From positions 1-46,108 of IMG/VR virus record IMGVR_UViG_3300032374_000005: DNA of 46,108 nt; one strand, 5' to 3'. Below are positions 33,177 to 41,523 of this stretch, one piece after another; the stretch's first letter is position 1, and every line of letters starts with the position of its first letter. The notes under the pieces were generated by a model, which did not search any database, was not told where the DNA came from, and saw nothing but the letters and a program-made list of their open reading frames with translations. The stretch comes from a virus. The position numbers and the translations under genes were made by a program.

Positions 33177-33484
33177 CCGCCTCCAGCATGAGGGCCGGCG
33201 TCACCGCCGACCCGGATATCCTCGCCCAGTTCGCCGCCGAATGGCCGCACGACAGCTGGAGCATCGGACGCTATCGCAGCGGCACCCGCTGGCACGCACA
33301 GGTGCACGGGCACGGCGTCTGCCGGTTCGGCTCCGGCAACACGCCGCGCGAGGCGTTCGACGCAGCCGTTGCCGGCTTCCGCGCTGAGTACCCCGACGAG
33401 CTAACGGCCAAGCGCAAGCAGCTGGAGAAGGCCCGCGCCGATGCCGAGCGGCTGGAGCGCGAACTGGCGGAGGTGGCGGCATGA
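33173..33484 (+). CDS. Hypothetical early protein
   Basis: 103 aa. ATGA overlap with the upstream stop. C-terminal coiled-coil-like [22 protein letters not shown]. Confidence 0.7.
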   Translation: MTASSMRAGVTADPDILAQFAAEWPHDSWSIGRYRSGTRWHAQVHGHGVCRFGSGNTPREAFDAAVAGFRAEYPDELTAKRKQLEKARADAERLERELAEVAA

Positions 33485-33771
33485 CCTCCCCCCGCTACGC
33501 CGCCGCGCTCGACACCGGGCGCCGCGCCTTTGACCCGATCGCGATGATCGAGGGCGAGGTCATCGCCAGCGTGCTGCGCCTGCCCGCCGTAAGCCAGGCA
33601 CGCGTGCTGCGCGCCATCGCGGATCGGCACAGCGACCTCGCCGCCTCTGTCGAGCTGCACGATGTCACCGACCGGTTCGAGGAGGATCTGCGCGAAGCCG
33701 ATGCCGAGGCGAACGGCTGGTGGCCTGAGGTCGTGCTGGGCTCTGCGCGGGCGGGAGGTGCCCGTGGCTGA
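33481..33771 (+). CDS. Hypothetical early protein
   Basis: 96 aa. ATGA overlap. Confidence 0.65.
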   Translation: MTSPRYAAALDTGRRAFDPIAMIEGEVIASVLRLPAVSQARVLRAIADRHSDLAASVELHDVTDRFEEDLREADAEANGWWPEVVLGSARAGGARG

Positions 33772-34069
33772 CGCGAAGCACACCGCTGGCCCGTGGAGCG
33801 TGAAGGTTCACGGCCAGATGCCGAACGGCGTCATGATGTTCTGGCTCAAGGACGCGCAAGTCAGCTTGGGCACCGCCAACCGTGCGGACGCGCATCTATG
33901 TTCCGCCGCTCCTGAAATGCTGGCGGCTTTGCAAGAGTGCGCGGCCGATCTGGAGGCAGAGCTCAAGGACCGATGGGGCGATGATCCCCGTGTCGCGCAC
34001 AAGCTTGAGCGGGATATGGCGCCAGTGCGCGCCGCCCGCGCCGCCATCACCAAAGCGACGGAGGCCTGA
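33764..34069 (+). CDS. Hypothetical early protein
   Basis: 101 aa from GTG 33764 (GGGAGG RBS at 33753-33758): VADAKHTAGPWSVKVHGQMPNGVMMFWLKDAQ... Track ORF 33662..34069 trimmed. Confidence 0.6.
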   Translation: MADAKHTAGPWSVKVHGQMPNGVMMFWLKDAQVSLGTANRADAHLCSAAPEMLAALQECAADLEAELKDRWGDDPRVAHKLERDMAPVRAARAAITKATEA

Positions 34070-34070
34070 C

Positions 34071-34226
34071 ATGGCCCGCATCCGCTACCGCACCACCGCT
34101 GCTGCCCGCCGCGAAGCCGCCCGGCTCGACGCGCAGGCAGAGCGCATTCCCGACCTGACCCAGATCACCAACCGCGTCCGCATGCCGGACCCGGCGGTGT
34201 GGGGCGAGCATGGAGGCGAGCTGTGA
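34071..34226 (+). CDS. Small hypothetical protein (51 aa)
   Basis: ATG 34071, 1 nt after the upstream stop: MARIRYRTTAAARREAARLDAQAERIPDLTQITNRVRMPDPAVWGEHGGEL. High third-position G+C. Confidence 0.55.
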   Translation: MARIRYRTTAAARREAARLDAQAERIPDLTQITNRVRMPDPAVWGEHGGEL

Positions 34227-34438
34227 GCCCCCTCGTCCCCATCGCCATCTTCACCGCCGGCCTGGCCCTCGCGCTGTTCGCGATCGTGGCGACCGTCTGT
34301 CGCTATCAGGCCCGCATCATCGACGCGCTCCAGGGCGGTCATCGGCAAGAGGATTTTGGCGCCCGCGTGTGGAGCCGCCCGAGCCACACGCTGCCGCGCG
34401 CCACCAGCAACACCGGACCCAAGAGGCTCCCGCGATGA
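34223..34438 (+). CDS. Small membrane protein
   Basis: 71 aa from GTG 34223 (GTGA overlap): VSPLVPIAIFTAGLALALFAIVATVC... One TM helix. Confidence 0.55.
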   Translation: MSPLVPIAIFTAGLALALFAIVATVCRYQARIIDALQGGHRQEDFGARVWSRPSHTLPRATSNTGPKRLPR

Positions 34439-34599
34439 TCCTCCCCTTCCCCACCCCCGCAGCCACGGTCGCGATCCCCCCGCGCGACGCGTCCCCCAAG
34501 CGCCCGGCCGACGTGGCACGGCCGGCGCCAACCCCTCGCGATGGGCAGCGTAGCTGGGCTGCGGTGGAGCGGTATCTGACGCCGGAGTGGATGCTGTGA
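34435..34599 (+). CDS. Small Pro-rich hypothetical protein (54 aa)
   Basis: ATGA overlap: MILPFPTPAATVAIPPRDASPKRPADVARPAPTPRDGQRSWAAVERYLTPEWML. Confidence 0.5.
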   Translation: MILPFPTPAATVAIPPRDASPKRPADVARPAPTPRDGQRSWAAVERYLTPEWML

Positions 34600-35096
34600 G
34601 GCGCGGAACGTCTCGCGCTAATATGGCGCGTAAGCCGCTGTCGGAACGCTTCGCAGCCAAAGTCACGCTCGCCGGGCCAGACGATTGTTGGCTGTGGACG
34701 GGAGCGGTGGACCCCAAAGGTTACGGCCGAATTGGCCGTGGCGGCAAGGCGGATGGCGTCGCCCTAGCTACGCACGTCGCGCTGGAATTAGCCGGCCGTC
34801 CTAGGCCGGGAAACCTGCACGCCCTTCACTCCTGCGACAACCCGACGTGCGTGAACCCGTCTCATCTTCGATGGGGCAGTAATGACGAGAACGTCGCTGA
34901 CATGGTCAGCCGTCATCGACAGTCGTGCAGGGCTTTGCGGGGTTCCGATAATCCAAAAGCTAAACTGAGCGAGGACGCCGTTCGCGAAATCAGGTCCTCA
35001 TCTCTGTCCGGCAAGGCCTTGGCGGCGGCTTACGGGATATCGGCAGCGGTCGTCAGCAAAGTGCGCCGGCGCGAAACTTGGAGGCATGTAGCATGA
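34596..35096 (+). CDS. HNH homing-type endonuclease
   Basis: DDCWLWTGAVDPKGYGRI ... ATHVALELAG ... HALHSCDNPTCVNPSHLRWGSNDEN, then a C-terminal HTH-like region. Start is either GTG 34596 (GTGA overlap) or ATG 34623. G+C visibly lower than in the neighbouring genes. Confidence 0.85.
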   Translation: MRRGTSRANMARKPLSERFAAKVTLAGPDDCWLWTGAVDPKGYGRIGRGGKADGVALATHVALELAGRPRPGNLHALHSCDNPTCVNPSHLRWGSNDENVADMVSRHRQSCRALRGSDNPKAKLSEDAVREIRSSSLSGKALAAAYGISAAVVSKVRRRETWRHVA

Positions 35097-36034
35097 CGAT
35101 CATTGCGGCCGCTGGCGCATACCCGGACATTCCGAATGAAGTGTATCACGGGCAAGAAATCTGCCCCGGTCCGTCTATCTCAAGTTCTGGTCTCAAGAAG
35201 CTGGTCGGCCACCTCGGCCTCCAGTCGAAGGGCTGCACCCCGCGCCACTATTGGGAGGGCTCGCCGCTCAACCCGTCGCGCAAGCCGCAGGAACAGACGG
35301 ACGCGCTGCGGCTCGGCTCGGCCTTCCATGACGCGCTGCTGCTGCCGGAGCGGTGGGCCGATCCTGACGCCTACCACTTTTTGCCTGAGGGCTTCGACCG
35401 GCGGCAGAGCAAGGTGCAGGCGGAGGCCATCGCCATGGCGGACGCTGCTGCCGCGGCCGGCTGCTGCCTGATCACCGCGCGGGAGCGTGTGGAGATCGAA
35501 GCACAGGTCGCCGCAATGCGCGCCAATCCGCTGGTCGACGCGGTGCTGTCCCACGGCGTGGCTGAGGTGACGCTGGCGTGGCAGGATGCCGAGACCGGCG
35601 TGTGGCTGCGCGCCCGACCCGACTGGCTGCTCGACAACCGGCGGTACGGGATCAACGTCAAGACCGCCTCCGACGCCTCGCACGGCGGCTTCCAGTCGGA
35701 CGTGACCAAGTACCGCTACTACCAGTCCGCCGCGCTCGAGCTGGACGGGATCGAGGCCGTGTTCGGCACCCGCCCGGGCAATTACCTCCACCCGGTCATC
35801 GAGAAGCCCGGCAAGGGCTGGCAGCCCGGAGACTATCTGCCCGTCGCCCTGTGGGAGCTGCCCGCCGAGGACATCGAGTACGGTCGCGCGCTCAACCGTC
35901 GCGCGATCCGGCTCTTTGCCGACTGCCTGAGTGCCGACCGCTGGCCGGGCTACGCAGATGCGCCCGCGCTGTGCGGCGTCAGCGGCTGGGCTCGCAAGCA
36001 GATCGACGACCTCATCGAGAAGGAAGCCGCATGA
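35093..36034 (+). CDS. PD-(D/E)XK exonuclease (RecE C-terminal / DUF3799-like)
   Basis: 313 aa from ATG 35093 (ATGA overlap). EVYHG...SISSSGLKKL...LRLGSAFHDALL...RARPDWLL...GINVKT...YYQSAA. Confidence 0.75.
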   Translation: MTIIAAAGAYPDIPNEVYHGQEICPGPSISSSGLKKLVGHLGLQSKGCTPRHYWEGSPLNPSRKPQEQTDALRLGSAFHDALLLPERWADPDAYHFLPEGFDRRQSKVQAEAIAMADAAAAAGCCLITARERVEIEAQVAAMRANPLVDAVLSHGVAEVTLAWQDAETGVWLRARPDWLLDNRRYGINVKTASDASHGGFQSDVTKYRYYQSAALELDGIEAVFGTRPGNYLHPVIEKPGKGWQPGDYLPVALWELPAEDIEYGRALNRRAIRLFADCLSADRWPGYADAPALCGVSGWARKQIDDLIEKEAA

Positions 36035-36240
36035 AACAGCCACCATTCTACCTTGTATGGGCCGAAGGGCGCGGCGCGCCATTCGTAAAGCACGAGACAC
36101 AGGGCAAGGCGGAAGCCGAGGCAGAGCGCCTCGCCCACCTAAACCCCGGCGACAACTTCTTCGTGCTCCAGCCGGTGATGCGTCTCCGCAAAACGAGCGT
36201 CGAGCGCGAGCACTTCGACACCGACATGATTCCTTTTTGA
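36031..36240 (+). CDS. Hypothetical protein between exonuclease and RecT
   Basis: 69 aa, ATGA overlap: MKQPPFYLVWAEGRGAPFVKHETQGKAEAEAERLAHLNPGDNFFVLQPVMRL... Confidence 0.65.
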   Translation: MKQPPFYLVWAEGRGAPFVKHETQGKAEAEAERLAHLNPGDNFFVLQPVMRLRKTSVEREHFDTDMIPF

Positions 36241-36251
36241 GGACCTGACCC

Positions 36252-37247
36252 ATGGCCACGCAGCTCGCACCCGTAGATGATCAGCCCCGCCGCCTCGCCC
36301 CGCAAGCTGAAGTCCGTGACGACCTCGCCAAGATGGCGGACCAGCTCAAGATGGCGCTGCCGTCGCATATCTCAATCGAGAAGTTCCAGCGCGTCACCAT
36401 GACCGCGATCCAGACCGATCCCGATTTGCTCAAGGCAGATCGACGCTCTCTCTACGGCGCGATTACCCGCGCGGCTCAAGATGGGCTGCTGCCCGACAAG
36501 CGCGAAGGCGCGCTGGTGATCTTCACCAACAAGATCAAAGGTAAGGATGGCGAGCGGGACCAATACATCAAGGCCGTCCAGTGGATGCCGATGGTCGCTG
36601 GCATCCTCAAGAAGGTGCGCCAGTCCGGCGAGATCAGCGGGATTTCAGCGCACGTCGTCTACGAGGGCGATGACTTCGTGCACCGGCTGGGCGACGAGGA
36701 AAGCATCGAACACGCTCCGCCCCCGTTGGGCGCCGCGCGTGGGAAGCCGGTCGGGGCCTATGCTGTCGCCACCCTGCGGGACGGATTCAAGATCCGCGAG
36801 GTAATGGACATCGCGCAGATCGAGCGGGTGCGCGCCGTCAGCAAGACCGGGCAGTACGGGCCTTGGAAGGACTGGTGGGACGAGATGGCCCGCAAGACCG
36901 TCATCCGCCGCCTGTCGAAGCGCCTGCCTATGTCGACCGACATTGAGGCGGTGATCAACGACCCGTCGACCGATGCGGCGTTCGCGGAGGGTTCGGCGGC
37001 GGTTATGTCCGCGCCCCAGCCCCTCACCGCCGCGACCCTGCTCGGCCACGACCCTGACCCGATTGACCCCAACGCCCTCACCGGCGAGACCACCACCCTC
37101 GCTTCCGCGCTGGACGAGATCGACGCGGCCGAGCTGCTGGTCGACCTGGACGCGCGCGTCGCCGCCCTGCTGCCGTTGCTGTCCGACGAGGATGGCCAGG
37201 CGCTGCGTGACCGGGCCGATGAGCGCCGGCGGGAGATGGCAGCATGA
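36252..37247 (+). CDS. recT: RecT-family single-strand annealing protein
   Basis: 331 aa. LPSHISIEKFQRVTMTAIQTDPDLLKADRRSLYGAITRAAQDGLLPDKREGALV... is a typical RecT pattern. Confidence 0.88.
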   Translation: MATQLAPVDDQPRRLAPQAEVRDDLAKMADQLKMALPSHISIEKFQRVTMTAIQTDPDLLKADRRSLYGAITRAAQDGLLPDKREGALVIFTNKIKGKDGERDQYIKAVQWMPMVAGILKKVRQSGEISGISAHVVYEGDDFVHRLGDEESIEHAPPPLGAARGKPVGAYAVATLRDGFKIREVMDIAQIERVRAVSKTGQYGPWKDWWDEMARKTVIRRLSKRLPMSTDIEAVINDPSTDAAFAEGSAAVMSAPQPLTAATLLGHDPDPIDPNALTGETTTLASALDEIDAAELLVDLDARVAALLPLLSDEDGQALRDRADERRREMAA

Positions 37248-37642
37248 CAGACCCGGCAATGAAGCAGGCGCGGGAGCTGGCGGCGCGGAAGGCGGAGGAG
37301 CGAGGGGAGCGTCCGCTGGCTGGCCGCTATCGGAGTGGCGATGTGGACCGCAACGTCGCCCTCCTCGCCTTCGCCGACTACCTTCGCACTCCTCCTGCCC
37401 GCCAGGTGACGGAGGAGGAGTGGGCGGAGAAGCTAGACGCCATTTGCTTTAGCGATACTCACACGTCCTTTGACGAAGACGTGATCGCGACACTTCGCCA
37501 CTTCGGCTTCATCGCCCCTCCGCCCCGCGACCCGCGCATTCAATCCCTGATCGACACCCTCCCCGAGGCGCTGCGTACCGACGAGGTGGTGCAGGTGGTG
37601 GATGCTGTGGCGGGGCTGGGGAAGGAGGCGGGGCATGGATGA
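37244..37642 (+). CDS. Hypothetical protein
   Basis: 132 aa. ATGA overlap. Confidence 0.65.
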   Translation: MTDPAMKQARELAARKAEERGERPLAGRYRSGDVDRNVALLAFADYLRTPPARQVTEEEWAEKLDAICFSDTHTSFDEDVIATLRHFGFIAPPPRDPRIQSLIDTLPEALRTDEVVQVVDAVAGLGKEAGHG

Positions 37643-38279
37643 GGGCCAAGCGATCACCGCCATGCGCGAGAGCACAATCGGGCGCATCGTCGGCCCTACC
37701 ATCATGCTCGGGTCTGGCACTTACTTCGACTTCGAGAACCCGGAAGCTTCCCAGATCACCATCGAAGACGTGGCATATGGCCTCGCCTTCGCGTGCAGAT
37801 TTGCCGGGCAGGCTGTGTCACGGGCGACTGGACAGCGAGCCTTCTACAGCGTGGCGCAGCATTGCGTGCTAATGAGCTACGCCATAGCCGACGATCCCGC
37901 TTTCGAGCCGGGAGACGATTATGACGCGCTGATGCACGAGCTGGGCGAGCCGACATGCGGGGACATGACTGGTCCGCTCAAGTCGCTGTGCCCTGACTAC
38001 AAGCGGGTGGAGAAGCGGTGCGAGGCTGCCGGATTGGCACGTTTCAATGTCCGCATGCGTGATCCCGTCCTTATCAAGCGATGGGACTTGCGCATGCTCG
38101 CGACGGAGAAGCGCGACCTGATGCCCGGTGCGGATCGGCATGAATGGGCTTGGGTGAAGGGCGCAGAGCCGCTGCCTCAGAGGATATCTCCTTGGGGTCC
38201 GTACGAGGCCGCAGAAATATTCCTGTCTCGCTATCGCACCCTCGTCACCCCATCAAAGGACCATCCCCATGTCGGCTGA
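37635..38279 (+). CDS. HD-superfamily-like phosphohydrolase (tentative)
   Basis: 214 aa from ATG 37635 (track ORF starts at 37602). VAQHCVLMSY ... LMHELGEPTCGDMTGP gives an H...HE...GD pattern (HE instead of HD). Confidence 0.55.
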   Translation: MDEGQAITAMRESTIGRIVGPTIMLGSGTYFDFENPEASQITIEDVAYGLAFACRFAGQAVSRATGQRAFYSVAQHCVLMSYAIADDPAFEPGDDYDALMHELGEPTCGDMTGPLKSLCPDYKRVEKRCEAAGLARFNVRMRDPVLIKRWDLRMLATEKRDLMPGADRHEWAWVKGAEPLPQRISPWGPYEAAEIFLSRYRTLVTPSKDHPHVG

Positions 38280-38436
38280 CCAGGACCGGGTGCGAGAGAT
38301 CGCGCGAGTGATCGATCCAGACGCCTTCAAATGCTGGAAAACCGGAGGTTTCGTACACCCCGAGCGGGTCCGCGCAGAAGCGATTGCCAAGGCTGAAAAG
38401 ATAAGCGCCCTCCTCCAGCAGGACCCCGCCGCGTGA
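38269..38436 (+). CDS. Small hypothetical protein (55 aa)
   Basis: Own translation: MSADQDRVREIARVIDPDAFKCWKTGGFVHPERVRAEAIAKAEKISALLQQDPAA. Overlaps both neighbouring genes. Confidence 0.5.
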   Translation: MSADQDRVREIARVIDPDAFKCWKTGGFVHPERVRAEAIAKAEKISALLQQDPAA

Positions 38437-39026
38437 CCCGCCGTGAGGACCTGGCGGGGCTGGTGGCGCGCGAAGCCGACAGCATCCACGAGCAGCTGCG
38501 CGCAGCGGTTGAGGTCCAGGAGACTTCCCACCTCTGGGTCAAGGGCGACACCCCGCCCTTCACGCCTAGGCTGCTGCCCACTGCATACGGTGACGGCAGA
38601 GCACTGTTCACCATCGCGACGATCAACCAGCGCCCGCGCTACTGGATCATTCGCGGGTGCAGCACATGGGGCTGCGATCTGGACCGGGAAGGCGCGCCGG
38701 GACCCGACTTCGCCGAGCTGACGGACGACCTGATGACTGCGCTGGAAGATGCCTTTGGGCGCGGCCGTTGTGGATACTCGGGCAACAGCCTGTTGTGGCC
38801 GCGCGCGGAGCGACTCGAGGGCTGCCAATGCGAGGAGTGTGACGACGATTATGTCGCGTGTTGGCCGGAGGTCGACGACGAGGGTGGATGTTCGTGGTCT
38901 CGCACCGACTGGCCGGAAGAATTTGCAACTGTCCCCAACCCGCTGAGCTGGCAGGGTAATTTGCTGGCGGAAGAGAAGCCCGCCATCCGCGCACACCTGA
39001 CCAAGGAGACATCAGATGAACGGTGA
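38433..39026 (+). CDS. Cys-rich hypothetical protein
   Basis: 197 aa, GTG start with GTGA overlap. Cys clusters: GCSTWGC, GRC, GCQCEEC, ACW, GGCSW. Confidence 0.65.
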   Translation: MTRREDLAGLVAREADSIHEQLRAAVEVQETSHLWVKGDTPPFTPRLLPTAYGDGRALFTIATINQRPRYWIIRGCSTWGCDLDREGAPGPDFAELTDDLMTALEDAFGRGRCGYSGNSLLWPRAERLEGCQCEECDDDYVACWPEVDDEGGCSWSRTDWPEEFATVPNPLSWQGNLLAEEKPAIRAHLTKETSDER

Positions 39027-39507
39027 GACTGTGCCTGTGGTGCAGAGCGATCGGGAAGCGGCTGCGCGGCTATTTATCGCCATGGGCGGCACGCACACTG
39101 GGGCTGATATGATCCTCTCTGCGGAGGCGGACGGCGCCCCTGCTGTCCAGGCTATCGCTGCTGCCCGCCTCGCCACAGAGACTCCCCTCCGCACAGCCCT
39201 TCTCGACTGCGGCACCCGGCTCAAGGCGGCGGAGGAGGAGCTTGCGCGGCTGGCGTGTGGGGATGTTGAGGAGCGGGAAGAGGCCGCGTTGCGTGCCGCT
39301 CTTGACCGCATCGGCTGGCCTGAAATCCGGGCTTTCCAGGCCGAACTGGCGCGCGGGCAGGATATCTATGAAGACGCTGGTGGTTTCATGCTTCGCGCGA
39401 TCAAGGCGCTTTTCGGCGTCAAACGTGCAGATTTGGTCGTGACCCATCGCCAGGCAGCGGAAGCGCTCGTCGCCGCCCTCTCTCAATCTCAGGGGGATCG
39501 GGGATGA
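39016..39507 (+). CDS. Hypothetical protein
   Basis: 163 aa. Confidence 0.65.
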   Translation: MNGETVPVVQSDREAAARLFIAMGGTHTGADMILSAEADGAPAVQAIAAARLATETPLRTALLDCGTRLKAAEEELARLACGDVEEREEAALRAALDRIGWPEIRAFQAELARGQDIYEDAGGFMLRAIKALFGVKRADLVVTHRQAAEALVAALSQSQGDRG

Positions 39508-39665
39508 GCGACCGACGTATGGCGGTGATCAATCTCCGCGCTGTCGCCGCTCTAGCTGAGAAGCTGGCCAGCGATCTTGAGTGTGGCCGCCTGTGGGAGC
39601 GCGAGTTCTCGGCAGGCATGGCGCAGATTGAAAAGGCGGTGCGCGACGTGCCGAGCATCCCATGA
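39504..39665 (+). CDS. Small hypothetical protein (53 aa)
   Basis: ATGA overlaps at both ends: MSDRRMAVINLRAVAALAEKLASDLECGRLWEREFSAGMAQIEKAVRDVPSIP. Confidence 0.55.
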   Translation: MSDRRMAVINLRAVAALAEKLASDLECGRLWEREFSAGMAQIEKAVRDVPSIP

Positions 39666-40105
39666 CCCCACCCCATCCTGACGACGCCGCGCTGGTGGAG
39701 GCGGCAAACGCGGTCCGGGACTACTTTACCGGGCGCACCGGGTTTGCGGTGCTGGACGAGGATGGGCACGTGTCCGCGTGCTACGGCGGGCACTGGATCA
39801 CCTTGGACCCGACCGAAATTGCCTCCGCGGCCCTCGCTGCCCTCCGCCAGCACGAGGCCGACAAGCTGAAAGCTGCGCAAAAGGTCAACTACGAGCTTCA
39901 GCGCGGCATGTGCGAGATCGTGGATGACAACAAGGCCCTCCGCGGCAAGCTGGAGAAGGCGCGGGAGGCGTACACTGGCTACGTAGACGCCTTCTATGAG
40001 CTAGCGATGATGCTGAACGTCGGCGCTCGCAATAGCACGCCGGAGCATGTCTGGCGGACAGAAATACTTCCCAAGCTACAAGCCCTTATCGGAGCCAAGC
40101 CATGA
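39662..40105 (+). CDS. Hypothetical protein
   Basis: 147 aa. C-terminal coiled-coil-like segment. Confidence 0.65.
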   Translation: MTPPHPDDAALVEAANAVRDYFTGRTGFAVLDEDGHVSACYGGHWITLDPTEIASAALAALRQHEADKLKAAQKVNYELQRGMCEIVDDNKALRGKLEKAREAYTGYVDAFYELAMMLNVGARNSTPEHVWRTEILPKLQALIGAKP

Positions 40106-40689
40106 CGAGAGAACAGGAAGCGCGGGAGGCGCTGGCGCAGGCGTATGCAGCCGAGACCAGCCGCCCTATCCGCACTGTGTACTGGCGCGAATGGCCGGTG
40201 ACCAAGTGGCAAGAAGGCGACCGGTACGCCTTGGCTGCCATGCTCGCCTTCGCCGACCGCACCGCCGCATCCGTGCGGGCCGAGGCGCTTGAGGAGGCGG
40301 CGGGGGTGGCGGAAGCACATGCTGCGCCCGGTGGCGTTCCACAGATCGATTACGACCGGGCTGTTCACGACATCGCCGCCGCGATCCACTCCCTCTCCGC
40401 CAGCGACGCCCCTGCGCGCGGGGGAGGGTGGAAACCGATCAAGACGGCGCCGAAGGATGGGACGCGCGTGCTGCTGTGGCTTGGAGCACCATGGTCCTGT
40501 ATCGAGACGGCCGCGTGGTATGTACCGTGGGCCAACTGGCAGACGGGTCGCTATTTCGCGCATAGCGAAAGTGACGAATGCGCTGGCATTGGCTCCAGCG
40601 TTCCCACCCACTGGCAGCCCCTCCCCGCCGCCCCCGACCAGGCCACGGAGATCGTCGCGGCGAGCGATGGGGAGGGCGATCGTGGATAA
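40102..40689 (+). CDS. DUF551-like domain protein
   Basis: 195 aa. C-terminal GGGWKPIKTAPKDGTRVLLWLG ... PTHWQPLPAAP is a typical DUF551 pattern as I recall it. Confidence 0.7.
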   Translation: MTREQEAREALAQAYAAETSRPIRTVYWREWPVTKWQEGDRYALAAMLAFADRTAASVRAEALEEAAGVAEAHAAPGGVPQIDYDRAVHDIAAAIHSLSASDAPARGGGWKPIKTAPKDGTRVLLWLGAPWSCIETAAWYVPWANWQTGRYFAHSESDECAGIGSSVPTHWQPLPAAPDQATEIVAASDGEGDRG

Positions 40690-40990
40690 GCCGCATCGCG
40701 TGCAGCTATCGCGCCGCAAGGGCTGGCGCATGCCCGAGAATACGGTGAAGGTGGATCGCTCGACACGCTGGGGCAATCCATTCGTGATCGGTGGTGGGCC
40801 AATGGAACGCCACGCCCTAGACCATGAGGGCGCGGTCGGCTTCTTTCGTGACATGCTGCGTGATCCGGAAATGCGGGAAGCTGCCGGCTATCCGGCTGAC
40901 CTATCGCCCCTGCGCGGCAAAAATCTCGCTTGCTGGTGCGCTGGCCCGCACTGCCATGCTGACGTGCTGCTGGAGATCGCCAATGCCTGA
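40667..40990 (+). CDS. DUF4326-like protein
   Basis: STRWGNPFVIGG ... LRGKNLACWCAGPHCHADVLLEIAN. Start is ATG 40667 or GTG 40682. Track ORF 40289..40990 trimmed. Confidence 0.7.
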   Translation: MGRAIVDKPHRVQLSRRKGWRMPENTVKVDRSTRWGNPFVIGGGPMERHALDHEGAVGFFRDMLRDPEMREAAGYPADLSPLRGKNLACWCAGPHCHADVLLEIANA

Positions 40991-41177
40991 CACCTCCACC
41001 CGCGCCGCCGCCCTGCGGGCTGAGATCGAACCGCTGCTGGCGGGGGCGACGAAGGGGCCTTGGGAGCCATGCAGCCGCCGATCCTGTCACCGACACCGAG
41101 ACTGCATGTACACTCCTTGCCGATCGCCATTCGCAGAGCAAGCCGCGCGGATCGCAGAGCTGGAGGGGAAGGCATGA
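40983..41177 (+). CDS. Short Ead/Ea22-like paralog (internally replaced copy of 41520..41864)
   Basis: 64 aa: MPDTSTRAAALRAEIEPLLAGATKGPWEPCSRRSCHRHRDCMYTPCRSPFAEQAARIAELEGKA. Shares both ends with 41520..41864. Confidence 0.5.
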   Translation: MPDTSTRAAALRAEIEPLLAGATKGPWEPCSRRSCHRHRDCMYTPCRSPFAEQAARIAELEGKA

Positions 41178-41392
41178 AGCCCATGTTTACCGGCAAGGCG
41201 ACCGTCTTGCAGCCGCGGGGCACCGACGACGAAGCCAGCGCGCTGCTAGACGAGCTGTCGAAGCTTCAGACCTGGCTGACGCTCCAGATGTGTCAGGGAA
41301 CGCCGGACGCTATGGCTGCCGTCGATCTGGTCCAGCGTACGCGCATCCTGATCATCGAGCGGTGCAAGAAGCCCAGCAAGGTGCAGCCATGA
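41174..41392 (+). CDS. Hypothetical protein
   Basis: 72 aa, ATGA overlap: MKPMFTGKATVLQPRGTDDEASALLDELSKLQTWLTLQMCQ... Confidence 0.6.
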   Translation: MKPMFTGKATVLQPRGTDDEASALLDELSKLQTWLTLQMCQGTPDAMAAVDLVQRTRILIIERCKKPSKVQP

Positions 41393-41523
41393 CCCCGTAT
41401 CCGAAGCCGTGCCCTTTTTCGGTAGGCGCCGAATATCACCCGAACGGCACCCCCGCCAATATGCAGGCCATCCTATTTAATCAGGGCAAGCGGCAGGTCT
41501 GCGCTCGGCGGTGCATGGCATGA
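41389..41523 (+). CDS. Small Cys-containing hypothetical protein (44 aa)
   Basis: ATGA overlaps at both ends: MTPYPKPCPFSVGAEYHPNGTPANMQAILFNQGKRQVCARRCMA. Confidence 0.45.
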   Translation: MTPYPKPCPFSVGAEYHPNGTPANMQAILFNQGKRQVCARRCMA

